A stretch of DNA of 51,635 nt, filler included, from Bipalium vagum (lineage: Eukaryota): NCBI GenBank assembly GCA_037834085.1. It is 2 parts of 2 records of this genome, joined end to end, with 100 filler letters (N's around TTAATTAATTAA, not from the genome) between each part and the next. Parts side by side here need not be neighbours in the genome. Positions count along the whole stretch, not along the records: positions 22,036 to 51,635 come from JBBMKC010022481.1; 1 more part is not named here. One strand, given 5' to 3'. The position numbers and the translations under genes were made by a program. The notes beneath the pieces were generated by a model. The model saw nothing but the letters and a program-made list of their open reading frames with translations, made no database searches and had not been told where the DNA came from. Shown here in pieces: positions 25,690 to 40,600 of this stretch (its first letter is position 1; every line of letters starts with the position of its first letter).

Positions 25690-28600
25690 TGGAAACTGTG
25701 CCGAAGAAGGAGAATGATTTTCGATTGGCAGAATTGATCATTGACTGGTTGGAGTGTTCAATTGTTGAGGACAATATGAAATTATCAGATTTTGCAAATG
25801 AGGCAAGATATTTTTTTCTGATTTCGTTTAGTGATTTTTCGATTAGAATTTGGTTTTCTTCTTGACTCCTTCTAATAGTCTTATTCGATGTAGTGAGATC
25901 GCTTCTCACAACAAATTCTCATCTTCATTTATTAACGATTATTTTAATGGATTTCTGTCCAGTCAAAAAGTTTGTTTTTTGGCAATAAATTATAAAATTT
26001 TGTTTTTCACTAACAGAATATTAATAAAAGAGTAAAGTGCAGAGCTAGAAGTAAAGAGAGACCTTCTAAAAACTCTTCTGCAACAAATAAATCAAAATAT
26101 CAGACTAGTGACCATATGGACAGAGACGAAAAGGATGTTATTATGGTCCAAAGTGATGAGCACAGTCCAGAAGATTGGAAATTAAATAAAGAAGACGATT
26201 CTAAAAAATCAGATGAAAGTCAAGCAAAATTGAGTCAATGCAGCTCTCGAAATAGCCGTTTCAGTAGTTTTGATGGAACTAATGATATTGAGAATTTTGT
26301 TGATGAAGAAGCATATCCTGATAATGATAATATAAGTAATTCAATAAAATGTAAAACCTCTGCAAAACCAGAGCAAGAAAGTTGTCTCATCTCAGTCAAT
26401 TCCACGGAAATTTTTGAGAATGATCTAAGTAAAATATATTTCATCATGAGAATTCCTAATCATTTTAAGATATTTGAATATTTTCTCGCTGAAAATGACA
26501 AATTATATTATTTTTATTAATAAGTCAATTAAATTGATATTTCCTTTTTTCCAAATCTTTTTATTAAAGAAATGATACAAACAATTTTTATTATTAATCA
26601 TAATGCGCTCCCTATTATTTTATGACTTTTCTCTGCCTGTCAATCATTATGAATTATTTCAATTTCTTTGATTCGGCTGTTTTAGCATTTAAATCTCCTA
26701 AAATCGGTTTTTGACCGAAATAAATGAAAATCCAAAGTTAATTTGTAGCAAGTAACTAAACTGCATAAGAACTTATTCAGTGAGCTTTACAACATGTGGT
26801 TGAGAATTATCATGCAAAAAAATGACTAACCGGACTTTCATTGACTGTTACTGGTTGTTGTTTTACACGTTTTCATTAAAACAGTTGTTTTTTTTTATAA
26901 CTTTTAGGATGATTTATTTATTAATTTTTTTAAAATCGTATAATATATACTTTTCTGATCCTGTCAAATAATATAACCCTTGATCAAACATATATTTGAT
27001 TTTGGAATTAATTTTGATGTTATACTTTTCCTGCGTTTTCGGCGTCATATATAGTTGTGGACAAATAATTCTGAACATTTCAACAATTAAGTTTTTATTA
27101 AATAATTTTTTGTAGAATATGTAAATTACATCATTTTTATTAAGTTAAAAGGTAATCAAATGAATATATTTTAATAGTAATTAGCATCCGAAACACACTA
27201 GAACATTGAATAGGGTCATTTTTTGGAAAACTTTTATTCGCTGTCAAAAATGTGGAATGTATCAACTATATAATTTTCTGATTTCAATACTCTTCGCTAA
27301 CTCTGAACAATATTCTTGATTGAATTAACTATAGTAAACAGATGTCTCTGAGTAATCCGTTCCTTTTTCACAATAATCTTTTCCAATTTCTCCCAAATTT
27401 CGTATGGTTGTTCACTTTTTTCTTCCAGTTGAAACTCTCTGATTCAATTATATATTAGTATTCTTATATTGAGTTTCATTTCTTTATGGTTCACGTAGTT
27501 GACAAATAATATCATTTTCTGTCATCCTTAAAAGCAAAAATCGAATAGCTCTGGGAAATTCAACTTCTTGGTAAATTTTTAAAGAAAGCATTGTAAACAA
27601 TGTCATTAAACGATTATTATTTTATTAAATAATATTTGCCTATGTATAAAACTTGTGTTATGTAGAAAATTTCATGGACTTCTTAATTTTATATCTGTAC
27701 GACTCTAATGACTTCTTAACTACACCATTTTAAAATATTAAAATAAATCTTAATTCATTTTCAAATTCCAAGACTTAATTCAATTTTTTTAATTCGAAGT
27801 ACGTTCTTTCTCTACAATAACTAAACAGGTTTAATCATATGAGTTAAACAACTGTTTAACACTTTCATTTTTTTTCTTTAATAAAAATACAATAAATTTA
27901 GATAGTAAAACATTATTTAAATCAAAGACCATCTACTGGTAGTGTTATTTATATTTTTTTAATTTGATTATTTGCCATATGTTTAAAAAATTCCTCTGAA
28001 CTTGATCAATTTTAATTAAAATTACTATTCATAGTTCATTTGAAAGGAAAGATAAAAGCTATCTGTATTTAAATAAATAATCTGAAGAAATTTTTCAAAA
28101 TAAATTAAAATTTTTTTGAAAATATCACTGTTTATAAAATATTGAAAGCTATCCAAATTCACTTTTAGTAAAAGAAGGTTTTTACTTTAGGCAATTTTTC
28201 TTTTTCCCACACAATTGATTGTTAAATAAAATCAATTAGTTAGAGTCATATTTTTGGTAATATTAATTTATTTGAATTTGTACTTTATCAAATAAGACTA
28301 CTAAATTGTTTTAATGAAACACAATTTATAAGTTTTAGCCATTCTTTTTGTGAAGTTTTTTGTTTTTTGACTTAGGTCGTCTAAAAATCCGAATACTTGC
28401 CAAAGTAAATGGCAAATTTATGTGTGTTTCTCTTCACATTAAATCGATTCTGGAAATCATCAATCAAGGTATTCAAGACTGTGAAAGTTCTCTTGATATT
28501 TTTGCATTACATGGACAAAAAAAACAAACTCGTTCCACTGCAACTTATGGTAGTGAATCGACAAGTGGCATGTCTTCGTCCTCTGTTTCCGCTGCAAGCT

Positions 28601-31600
28601 CCTTGCTACATGTCGATACAATTTCCAATTTCACAGACGAGGCATTATTGAAATCCGATGGTTTGTTGAATGAAACAAAATCTGATGATCAAGCAAATGT
28701 TTTGCACCATTTGTTTAAAAAAGTTCAAAACAGAGTGTCAACTTTAGAACGATTCGACTGTTTATCTGCTTCCAGATGTGCTGCTGGTTTAGTCAATGTC
28801 AATGATCAATTGATGATTATCGGTACGTTGTTTTCGTTTGATTATTGAACCCAGATTGATTGGGATCATTTGGTTCTGATCAAATCATATGTACTAAATT
28901 ATAGTGGCATGTTGTGTTAGCAGTTATTGTGAAAATGAAAAATTGTTGTAAAAAATCATAAATTTCTTTTCCATTTTTTAAAAATTGTATATTTTGAACT
29001 TTGAAAGGAAAACTAAAGCAGGCGGTATTGTATACAGTTTGGTAGTTTGACTAGTTGAACTATGGACTGTTTTTGGAAATGGTAAGCAATATGATTATAT
29101 TCTCTAATAATTTAATGAATTTTTTGTCCAAGATGCTTTTTAAAAAGTATTGGGTCATTGCAAAATTATGATAAAATCTTATAGACTAAATATTGCATCA
29201 ATATATCTATTGAAAAATCTTTACATAAAGTCAAAAGCAAGACTGTTTTGTTATGTTAAATTAAAAATATTTTTAATTTCAAGGTTGCTGATTTCTAAGT
29301 CATGAGTGAAGAATGACTACAATTTCGTCATATTACGCTTTATGAATTCTGAAGGGCTTTTAATGTTCCGACAACTGTGAACAATATTTTAGAAGCTTAT
29401 CCGGAGGAGGAACCATCTGAAATCGCTGTCAAACAATGTTTTGCCAAATTTCGGCGAGGAGATTTTGATTTATCTGACAAGACAAAATTCAGTCGTTTTT
29501 GTAACCTTTCAGATAACTTCCTCCAAAAACTGTTGACTGCAGAACTAAGAATATCAATTCAAGAGGTTTCAGTCAGATTGAACTGTGAGATATGAACAGC
29601 TTTTCGACATATTAAGAAAATTGGCTACGTATCAAAACTGGATGTGTGGGTTCCTCATTTAGAAAATAAAATTATTCGATTAGAATCGTGCAATTCTTTG
29701 TTACAACTACTGGTAACTGGCCCATTTTTAGATCCCTAGTTGCAGGAGATGAGAAATGGATACGGTATGAGAAGGTTCAACGATAACGAAGTTGGAAACC
29801 AAGGGTGAGGCTCCAGAGCACATATCGAAGGCAAGCTTTCAGGTTTTGTGGTGGTATTGCAAAGGAATTATATTCTATTATTTTCTTGCATAGAGTCAAA
29901 CCATTATTTCTGATTTATATTGTAATCAGTTAGATGAACAAAGTAAAGAAATTCAGGAAAATCATCCAAGCTTAGCCAATCGTAAAGGGATCGTGTTTCA
30001 TCATGAAAATACGAAACCACATACCTCAAAACATTTCTAAAAAACTGAAAAACTTAAATTGAAATCTTCGCATTCATCTTCCATTAGACTTTTACCTTTT
30101 TCGATCATTGCAAAACCGTAGTAGGAAAAAAATTCACATCATTAGAAGGTATAAGAAATCACCTAAATTAGTTTTCGATAAATCAGTGGACTTTTAAAAA
30201 GCCATTTAAATGTTACCAGATCGTTGAAGACAGGTAATTAAAAATGTAGGGAATTATATAATAAATTGTTTTCGTTATTATTTGTCTAAATAATATAAAA
30301 TATGTCTATTCATTCAATATTTACTCTATTTAAAATCATATAATTACTTTTGCAATGACCCAATAATTAGACATTGCACCTCCAATGTTTAGTAATAATT
30401 AAAATATTCTTTTCAACGTAATTTTTGAGATTTAAAGAAATATCAACTTATAACTCACTTTAAATGCATACTCTGTTAATGTTGGAGATAATATTAAATT
30501 ATTCAACGTTCTAATTTCTATCACTTCAGGAAATATGGCAAAAAAAAGATTATATGTGAAATAATGCTTAGATTTTTCACTGCTTCATTAAAGCCTTGTG
30601 GTCACCTTGGAACTGTTGATATTGTCTTTAATTTTGATTTTACGATTATGATGGATGTCCGATATGATGGATAATTACTGACACATTCTGTCATCACGAC
30701 AATAATCAAAAACCATAATAAGCAATTTTTAATGTCTTTTATATGATTCTTTCAGCTTATTTTTTGAAACTGTTTTTATTTAATTTATTAAGAATTTCGG
30801 ACTTATAACATTTTCAACATATTCTGATTTTCTAAAGTCATATTAGTTTATTTACTGATTGAACACGCCTAGTTAATATTTTTAACTATTGTTTTTTTTA
30901 TTTATATTTTCTAATTTTACAAATAAAACATTTATTGTTATGCAATAAGCTTCACAGAAGGCATTATGACAAAAAGATTATTAAAATTCCTTGCCAAATA
31001 CAAAGATGTCATTTCGGTCAGTTTGCAAAGCTTCGCCATCTATATTATTCTATTCATTTATGAAATTCAGAGCTTATATTTAAAAATAAAATTTTAATTT
31101 TAAGATAAATTAATTACCAATAGAAACCTCCAGAAAGCAAAATATTTTGACAAACCCAATGGTTTTCATTAATTAATTTGTCAATGGTCAAATTAGTGAA
31201 GACGCTAACGTATAAAAATTATAATTAGCAAATATGTTGTCTATTAATTTCTAATTTTTTAGACACTGATGCTAATATTCTTACCAACATTTATGTCGTT
31301 ATTAATGACATTATCATTAAAAATTCAGAACATTTTGTTAAATTCCTCTGTTCAGAAATTTTTATTAATTATTTCTACAAAATTGAACATAGTATAAAAC
31401 AATTAAAGAAAATCAATTATTGTAGTTATTTGTTATTGGTTTAAATTAAATATTTAGTTTGTTTAATTGTAAGTAATTTTATTTACTTATTCAGTAAATA
31501 AATAATTTTTAATTTATTTAATTCGTGTGTTATTCTTTAAATTTCATAGAATTTTATGTCTTTACTTGATATTTTAAGTACACTAAATTCTTTCTTATTA

Positions 31601-34600
31601 GCCGCGGCTTATCTATAGGAAAATTAGTGAATTCAGTGGGAAGTCCACAAAACAGCGTATGCATGAGTTTGGCTTATCTACGTAAAATTTTAATTTATAA
31701 AAATTACATAATGAACAAATTTATTTAATTATCAAAACCGTCAAATTCTTCATCTGATCTCGTATTAAAGTTATCGAAAAAATCATATTAAGAATCTGTC
31801 ATGTCACACTCGGTTTCGTCTTCAGATCCGTCACTATCCGTGGCATGAGATACCTTCGCTGTTTGCATTTCATGTGGATAGTCGTATATATTGGCGGCTT
31901 TTAATCCATTTTTAATGCAATCTAATGTTACTTCCTTCCAACTTTTGTCAATCTATTGTCATATTTCATCTTGAGAAGCCCTTTTCATTCATCCAGACTT
32001 CGTAAATTTATGTAACCACTGACCATCCAGTATTCCATTTATCACGTATTTTCTCTTTAAAAGATCTATTGGCGCTTATGTTCAATTGCTGTAATTTGCC
32101 TCTCAATCCTTCTGAAATGACAGTCAATTTTAAATATATTTTTACCTTTTCTTTTATTTCTTTTATTATATGAGGTTTTGTTGAATAATAAATTAACACT
32201 GGTTTCTGACAAAAGAACAAATTCTTGCATTTGCGCCAAATATTTTCTAACCAATAGTTGACCATAGCACAGTCAATTCATCCCTTTTCGTGTCCTTTGA
32301 CCAGAACTCCTTTGGAAAAACACCTTTAGGTATAGTTTTTCGTTTAAATATTACTAAAGGTTTACATTTTTGGCTGCATCACTTTTTTTGATTCATGACC
32401 TGTAAAACGGACTTCTTTTTTCCATAGCCGGATGTTTGATTTTCCTGTTCTAAACTCCTTAGCTGTGACCGAATTGCTATACTTTTCGGCATAGTTAACC
32501 GCTTCCTGTTTTCGGTGACTTGAATAAGATTTTTGAGTTTTATTTATTATATCCATTGCTATTATAAAATTTGAAAATGTTATTGATTTAACAATATTCA
32601 AAAAATCTGCTTAAAAATTGTATGTATTATTTTTAATAATTTTATAAAAATTCTGCTTTATTAAGTAAAATTTTATATTTTTTGTTTTTTCTGAAGCAGT
32701 GTATGCATGAGCTCGGCTTATAAGCAAGAATTTAATGTATGTTGAACAAAAAAATTTAAAATATTTATGATTTCTATTTAATGAAGGTAATAGTAATATA
32801 ATTTAATTCCCTCAGTTTATTTTTTTGAAAGTAAGTCTTATTTTGCTTTTAAATCAACCCTCGAGGCAGACTGGTCCGATAACAAGATTTCTACAACCTT
32901 ACCAGTCTGATACAAATGCCTAAAATGTAAAATTGGTCTCTGAAAAGCATTACAGTAAAATTTTCAAAGGGAAATATTTATTGATAATTAGACAAATTAC
33001 ATTTGTGTAAAATAGTCTAAAAGTAGATAAGAAAGAATCAGAATATTTTAAATGGAAATTATCAGTCTTCTATTGATAAATAAACTACTTAGACTAATTA
33101 TTGATATTTAGGTGGTTTCAACAGAGGCGAGTGTCTCAATTCCGTTGAAATATACCAACCAATGACAAATAAATGGTCACACAGCATTTCTATGAAATTA
33201 TGCCGTGCCCGTTTAGTTGCATTGGCAGATCAATCAGAAAAGACCAATTCTTATATTTATGCTATCGGTGGTTCAGATGGTCACAAGGAACTTTCGACTG
33301 TGGAAAGGTGGTATACACTGCTATTATTTATAACATTGCCAATTTAATAATTTTTGAATCTTTATTCTGTAATAGTTTATTATTATTATCAGTATTACTT
33401 TATTTTTAAATGTTCTTAGATTTGATGTTAACAATCAAAAATGGAGTCGTATAGCAAGTTTGAATCAGGCACGTAGTTATCATGGCGGTTCATCAATTCC
33501 ACTTGAATCCAACCTCGGTGGTAATTTAGTGGTTGCCGGTGGCTGTTTCGGTCCAGATATACTAAGAAGTTGTGAATTATACGATTCTTATAACAACAAA
33601 TGGTTGGACCAGAAATCTATGACAATTTGTAAGTACTTCAAATATTTATTAATTTCACTATCAACTTCATATTAAAAAAAATTTTCTTCTTTCGTTAAAA
33701 TGAGGCCGGGATATAATAAATACTAATTTTTCCATAATTATTAATAATTAATACTTTAATCAGTTACTTAATTAATTATCTAAAAATGTATTTTTTGTAG
33801 ATTATCTATTAGAAACAATACTTGTTTATTTAGTTGCATAAATTATTGCCCTTTTTAATAAGAAATATTTGAAATAATATTTAATGTACAATTATTCAAT
33901 TATTATCAAAACAAATTCATCATTTGAATATATCATATATTGCCATTTATCAGGCAACATGTAGATACCTATTACAAAAAATATGTATCTCTTGATTTGA
34001 TGAAGTTGTCAATGGATATATAACAATCGAAATTATTTTGAATTAATTGAGATTTTAGGAAGGAAAATGTAAATATATGCAGAAAATATGGAAATCTGTA
34101 AACCCCGTGCCAAGTAGGTGAGGCTTCATACCTGGGTATATTATTGCCATTTTTGCCATTCTTCCAAAGTAAGGTCTAACATTATCATCAAAGATTTTTC
34201 CTACAACAATACAGAAAATAGAAACACATCCCGAGGATTTTCAAGTCACATTTTACAGATTACGGTAGTACTCATCTCTTATGATCTTTTGGTTTGATTT
34301 CAGTAGTTCATAATAGACCAATTTTTATATCCAACGAAATGCATAAGATTGAAATTTTCCTGTGAATAATTCTCTAAAGTTATTTTTCGGAGAGGCTTAT
34401 TATAATAAACCTATTTTCGTCACCTATCACAATTCACCATATGAATTTTTGGATTTCAAGAAAGTAGATGATAAATATCGAAGATTTTAAGATTTTCCTT
34501 ATATCTCGCAATTTTGGATTGATGGTCAAAGTTTTTGGCACGATCTCAAGTCATTTCTTCCTCAAAAAATCCCTGTATTTCTACGTTTAATATTTTTTTT

Positions 34601-37600
34601 GTATTTCCAATTATTGGTGTCTTTCAATAAAAAATATTTTTTCTGATTCTTACATAATACTTTTGACTGTTAACAAAGTTACAACATCATCTTCGTGTTT
34701 TTATTGTGTTCTTTCCAGGATTAAGTAAAATTTACCGAATGTGCTTTTTATCTGCAGTTTTTTCTTTAATTTTTTGCAAAGACTCTTTAATTCTCATTTG
34801 TATCGACAGAAGTTATATTACCTTGTCCAACGGTTTTTAACGTTCGTTGGTTTTTATAAAAATCCAAAATAAACAATGTTAAGATTTACTGATAAAATTA
34901 AAATGCGATTAACATTGAATGAAAAGTTTTATTTTGGAAATCCATTTTACTCCAAATTTTTCTAGATGAAATCTCTCATTTTTAAAATTTTCTAAACAAG
35001 TTATATATTTAATACCATTGCATTTTTATTCCTTTTTCGTCAAAAATAAAAATAAATATTTTTAATAATAAACTCAAGTTTTCATTGTGCATTTTAGTGA
35101 AATGTCAATATCATTTTAGTTAAAATTGTTGAGCATTGTTCTCTGGACATTTAATTCATTTTTAATTTGAAATGTTGTTTTTTCAGAAAATAAAACTTTT
35201 CTTTTTCCATTCCCCCCGATTCCTTTAGTGAAAACGAATATTTCTTTTGAAAAAATGTTTCATTTGTTTTACTGTTGATTGTATTGACTTTTAAAGGTCA
35301 AATTTGTGAATTTCTCTCTCTAAAATTGAGCGGTCAATTATTATCATTAAAAATAGATTTGAAGATTCACTTCATTGTCTTTGCAACACTGTAAAAAATT
35401 TTCAAAACAAATGTTAATTTCCAATGTCAATTCGAAATAGAATTTAAACAAATAATCACATTACATAATAATAAAACATAACTTTCTAAACGATTCTAAA
35501 GCAACTTAAAAATGTATTCTTTTTTAACTAATGAACATTTTTTTATAATTCTTTAAAAAATTAAAATTATTTTAATAGTCCCTGATTAGTGACGAAAACC
35601 ATCTTGTGTTGTCCTGTAACAATAAGACACCATTTCTGTTGACTAACGAAGGTTGCATTTTTGCCAATTTTAAATAAGCACGCCATATCTGATCACAGTA
35701 AATCTTGCCATTAATTGTTTGATTAGCTTCTAAAAACTCAAAATGAACAATTCCACGCGAGGTCCGCGAAACGCTCATTGATAATCTTGCTTGGATGTTC
35801 TGAAAGCTCAACATTTGTGGTATCAATTTATCTATTTTTTTCGTATATCCAAGAGATTTCAGACAAACTTACATATTCTTGATTGCAATTGAGTTCTTTT
35901 GACAATTATAAATACCATATATAAATACCAATTATAAATACCAGATAGTTGGATTTTCAGAAAGATAATGAAGCAGTTCATCATCATTAAACCTTTTCGG
36001 CCCTCCTGATCTCGTTTCCTGATTTGAAATGTTGAAACAAAATTGGGCTGTTCTCTTTTTCGCAATATTTTCTTTATAAAAGCCATGCTTTTTTTGATTG
36101 ATTCTGCTGCTTTAAAACCAAGTTTGAGGTCATACAATAAAAAGTAGTGATATATTTGATCTCTAGATATACCATCTTTATTCTAAATAAACAACGGAGA
36201 ATGAGGATATTTGTTTAAAATATTTACTAAATACCAAATCTTGATAAAATCTACTTTTTAATGATACTAAAATTAACTTATAATATTTTGTAAATCTTTA
36301 AAAATTTTAATTTAAAGTACAAATATTTAAAAAAACGGCAATTACTCTTTTGGAAACAATATTTCTTCACAATTATTTACAAAAATTTATTTTAAAATAT
36401 TTAATTTTTAAGAATATTGTTGATATTTTGGTCTACTGTTTTATTAGTTTTATTAGGTCCCTGGTCACAAATTTTTTATTATCTCACCATATTGTAATTT
36501 ATTTTCTTTGTTAAAACTCTTCCGGTGTACAATTTTGTGTATTTTTTCGGGTCAAATCTTTGAGAACCTCTTTCATTTTAATAATTTTACATTTCAAACT
36601 AACCTTTGTAAATGGTTTGAAAGAGAATAAACATTTGGTGAATGTTAATTTCGTTTTTATATAAAAAAATTGTTGAGTCGAAGAGAATGTGAATTAAACC
36701 ATTTCTGTTATCTCATTTTTTGAAAAAAATAGATGTAGAAACATCGTTTGATTGACTCAGTAGTATATCATGGATAGCAACCCTGCTGGTGTTTTCTAAA
36801 TTGTTATTGTAGTACAAATGATTTGAGTTGAATATTTTCAGCAGTACAAAAACATTTTATTCAAATTTCTCTTTAATCTGATGTTGATAATAATGGCTTA
36901 ATTAGTTTTTTTTTTACATTGAATGAACTACTCGGTCTTTTTTTCCCTTTAAAAGTGCGTCCATTTGACATTCGTTAGAAATTTCTAAGTCTGCTAATAT
37001 TATATTTTGAAAAAATGTAATAAGTTTGATGTAAAAATTTTTTTAGTCCCATCATATTTGTCTAGATTAAGTTCAGTTTTATCTTAACAAGGAATCATTT
37101 CAAAAACAACTTTCGTAGTTTTGTGAATTTTACATGCCTCCTTAGAGTCGAGTGTTTGTTACAATAAAAAATCGAATTCCTTTTTAATCTTTTTCAATCT
37201 CTACTTTTTTTTCCAGTGTAATTATAAGTTTAAAGGAGTTATAAAACGGTTTTAATATTTTAACTTTTCTTCTAATAGGCTCCAAGCGAATATTTTTCAA
37301 TGTTTCGAATTTCATTTCTGTATTATCTTTCAACATTTTCTGATATTTTCAATGTTTATAAGAGCTTAGGTGGTTAACTTTGCAATTTGTTTTCAAGGAT
37401 TTAAATGGTTTCATTTTACTAGATTATTTTCCTGAATTACGAGTTTCTTTGCATGAGTTTCTTTCATTAAAAAATTTCTTAAATGTTGTGTTTATAAGTA
37501 TAGATAGAACTTACTTTTTCATAAATGAAATTGCACGTTCAGCTTCATTATCCAGTAGCTAACACCCGTTTTTTGGTATTTTCAGGTGCAAGCTTCTCAT

Positions 37601-40600
37601 TGTCTTAAAGATATTTTTGATCAATCCTGGAATCAGGAACATGTTATGAGAATATGCCCAAAACAAACCAAGTGGTAAATGAATTTTAATCACAATTAAA
37701 CTGGTTGAAGTCGATAATATTTGAAGATTTGTGAGAAAACTTATTTTTGCTTTAATCTGTCACTGTTATTTTATACTAAAAACTGTCTTAATATTTTTCT
37801 ACAATTATTCTTTTCCCCGCCTCTGATAAATAAGATATTATTTTATTGATAACTTTAATATTTCGTTATCAAATTAGTATTCATTCGTCTATAGCTAGAA
37901 GCCAAGCTGCTGTTGCTTGCATTGAAAATCAGCTATTTGTTGTTGGTGGCACTGACAGTTGGAAATGCTTATCAAGTTGTGAAATCATGGATCTCAGAGA
38001 AGGAAAATGGCGAGTAATGCCCGAACCTAGTTATCCGCGTCGCGGAGCTGCTCTTTTACCATATAATGGTTGGATTCTTTTAATATTTTATTTATTATTA
38101 TTATTATTATTATTAAATATCATTTAATTTTATTTTATATGTAGATTAAAAATTAGATTAAATTATTAACTGGTTTAAAAAAAATATCAGTCTGTTAATT
38201 TCATGATAAAATATAAACAAAAATCATTTGGAAAATTTAATTTCTTTTTAAGAATTAGTGAATTTTTAAAGCTTCAGATGTCTCTGTCATCGATAAAAAG
38301 TTTTAAAAATATTAGAATGAATACAATATATTATCAATACAGTATAATAACTTGTATAAAAATTCTGAAGTTATTATCGTTTTTCAAATTAATTAGTCTT
38401 ATTATTTTAATATATTTTTTATTAAAATAAATTTTTTAATCATTTTAAAAATAGCAAATTGGCAATATTTAGAAAATCTAAAAGTAAAAATTTGTGATGG
38501 CAATAAAATTGATAAAAGAAAAATGACATTAATTTCATTTCTATTTATAATTAAATACTAAGTGTACAGATAAGTAATGCGATCTTATTTAAATCGTTTT
38601 GTTTATATATATATATGTTAATATAATTTTGAATTCAAATCTAGTCCATTTTGTTTTAATGATTGCTATTTTTTATTATTTTTTAATTATTTAAATTTAT
38701 TATTATTATATTCAAAAAAATTTATACCTAGACATGTCGATATTTATCGCATGTAAAGATCATTATGGGAGGCTCTTATTCATTATTTAATGACGAACAA
38801 AATTGCTTCAGAAAGCTACCGGATATTTTGCGAGATTTATGGAAAACATTTAGTATCTCAGGATACACATGAGCGTTTTTTAAGTCATTCAGAAATAACG
38901 ATTTTAGTTTTATGACCAAAGAATATCCAAATCATCCTTCAAAATTTAAAGAATAAGATTTGGAAAAACTATTTTATGAAGATACATATCAGTCTCAAAA
39001 ACAACTTGAAATAAGATTAAGTTCTACTCAACAAACAGAAGAGCAAGATTTTAAGGGAGGAAAACTAGTGTCTTATCAAGTAGATGTAAGACTACTGGAA
39101 AACGACATGGTGCTGAATGAGATGTTACAACCGTACGAATGACAATCTTATATCGAATTTTGAAAGATAACAATTTAATTTTTTTGAAAGTCCCGAACGC
39201 GTGGAATTATGAGTGTACCAAGGTCAAACGACTAAAAATTTTTTTGTACCATGATCTTCTCAAACTAAGTGAAACTATTATTAATATTATAAATATTAAT
39301 TCTGGGGGCTATCAAAACCAACTGAACCGATGTTTAATTTCTAAACGTCTAGAATGGGCTAAAATATATGGCAAACTAATTTCCTTTCATGACACGCACC
39401 GCCACATACTTCTAAAGCATGTCAAAAGATGTGGCCTACGAAATACTCACTCATCTGCCATATTCACTAGATCTTGGTCCTTCAGACATTCTTCTGTTCT
39501 TCTCAGTGGCACGTTGACTTGCTGAGAAGCATTTTAAAAAAAGTTCGATATCCTAAAATGGATCTCTGAAAAGTTCACGTCAAAACAAGAGTTCTTTTGG
39601 GCAGGTATTCATAAATTAACCAAAAATAATTCGCATTATTTATTTGTAACCATAATGTGTCCAATATGATCTTTTAGAAATTATGGATGAATCGTGTTTA
39701 AATAATTTTTGAATTTTAATGTTTTAATAAATTAAGTTAAGGAAAAGTTCATTGATAATGAATATTTTACAAAACATTAATAATTTTTAAAATTTCATAA
39801 AATTATGATTTAACTCTTGGTTTAATCAAGACAAAATATTTAAGATACTCTTTAAATATTCAAACAAACATATGTTCTAAAATGAAGGATTATTTCGAAT
39901 TTATCAACATGTGTTAAATAAAGTTTTTAAAAAATTCAGATTTTTTTCATGTTGATATTTTTTATTCCATTGAGAAGCTTAAAAAATTTTGAAATTGTAA
40001 TCATCACCGTTATGTTTGAATATTAGATCAGCATTTTTATTTGAGGGAGTTTTCTGATTCAATTAGTTTACAGATGTCAAAAAAGTAAGGCTTCAAGCAT
40101 CATAAAGAAAGATTTTCCACAAATTCTTCAAGTAAATTTAAAAATGAAATCACTGAGCTTTTTTTCATTAATTTCCTTTTTCATTTTAAGAAATAGACCA
40201 ATGAACTCTTTTAGCATCTTGTCGGAATTTTGTTGCGTAACTCTTAAATATATAATTATTTGTCCATTTAGTGATTGTGTATTTATATTAATCATGGTTT
40301 TGAAATAATTTTGCTTATAAAGGAAAGCTATATCTATTTGGTGGAAGTGACGGCAATTCTTCTTTGAAAACGTTGGAAATATTTGACCTAGTTGCTAATC
40401 AGTGGTGTTTATCAATGGAACAAATGAAGCAATCTCGAGCAAATCTCTGTGGTGGAATTCTTCTCAATAAATTAGTGGCAATAGGTGGATTTACAGGGAA
40501 GCACTTTTTAGATACAATGGAATGCCTTGATTTTGATGAATCAGGAGAGAATTCAAGTGAATGGTCACTATTTGTTCCCAACGATTGGTCAAATCCTGTT

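Noticed and set aside
25661-26447. Minus-strand ORFs 25661-25909 and 26235-26447
   Set aside because: Antisense shadows of kelch-gene exons.
6036-31037. Isolated GCTTCGC heptamers near 6036, 24985 and 31030
   Set aside because: Only 2-bp stems, in host exon or repeat context; not counted in the viral hairpin set.
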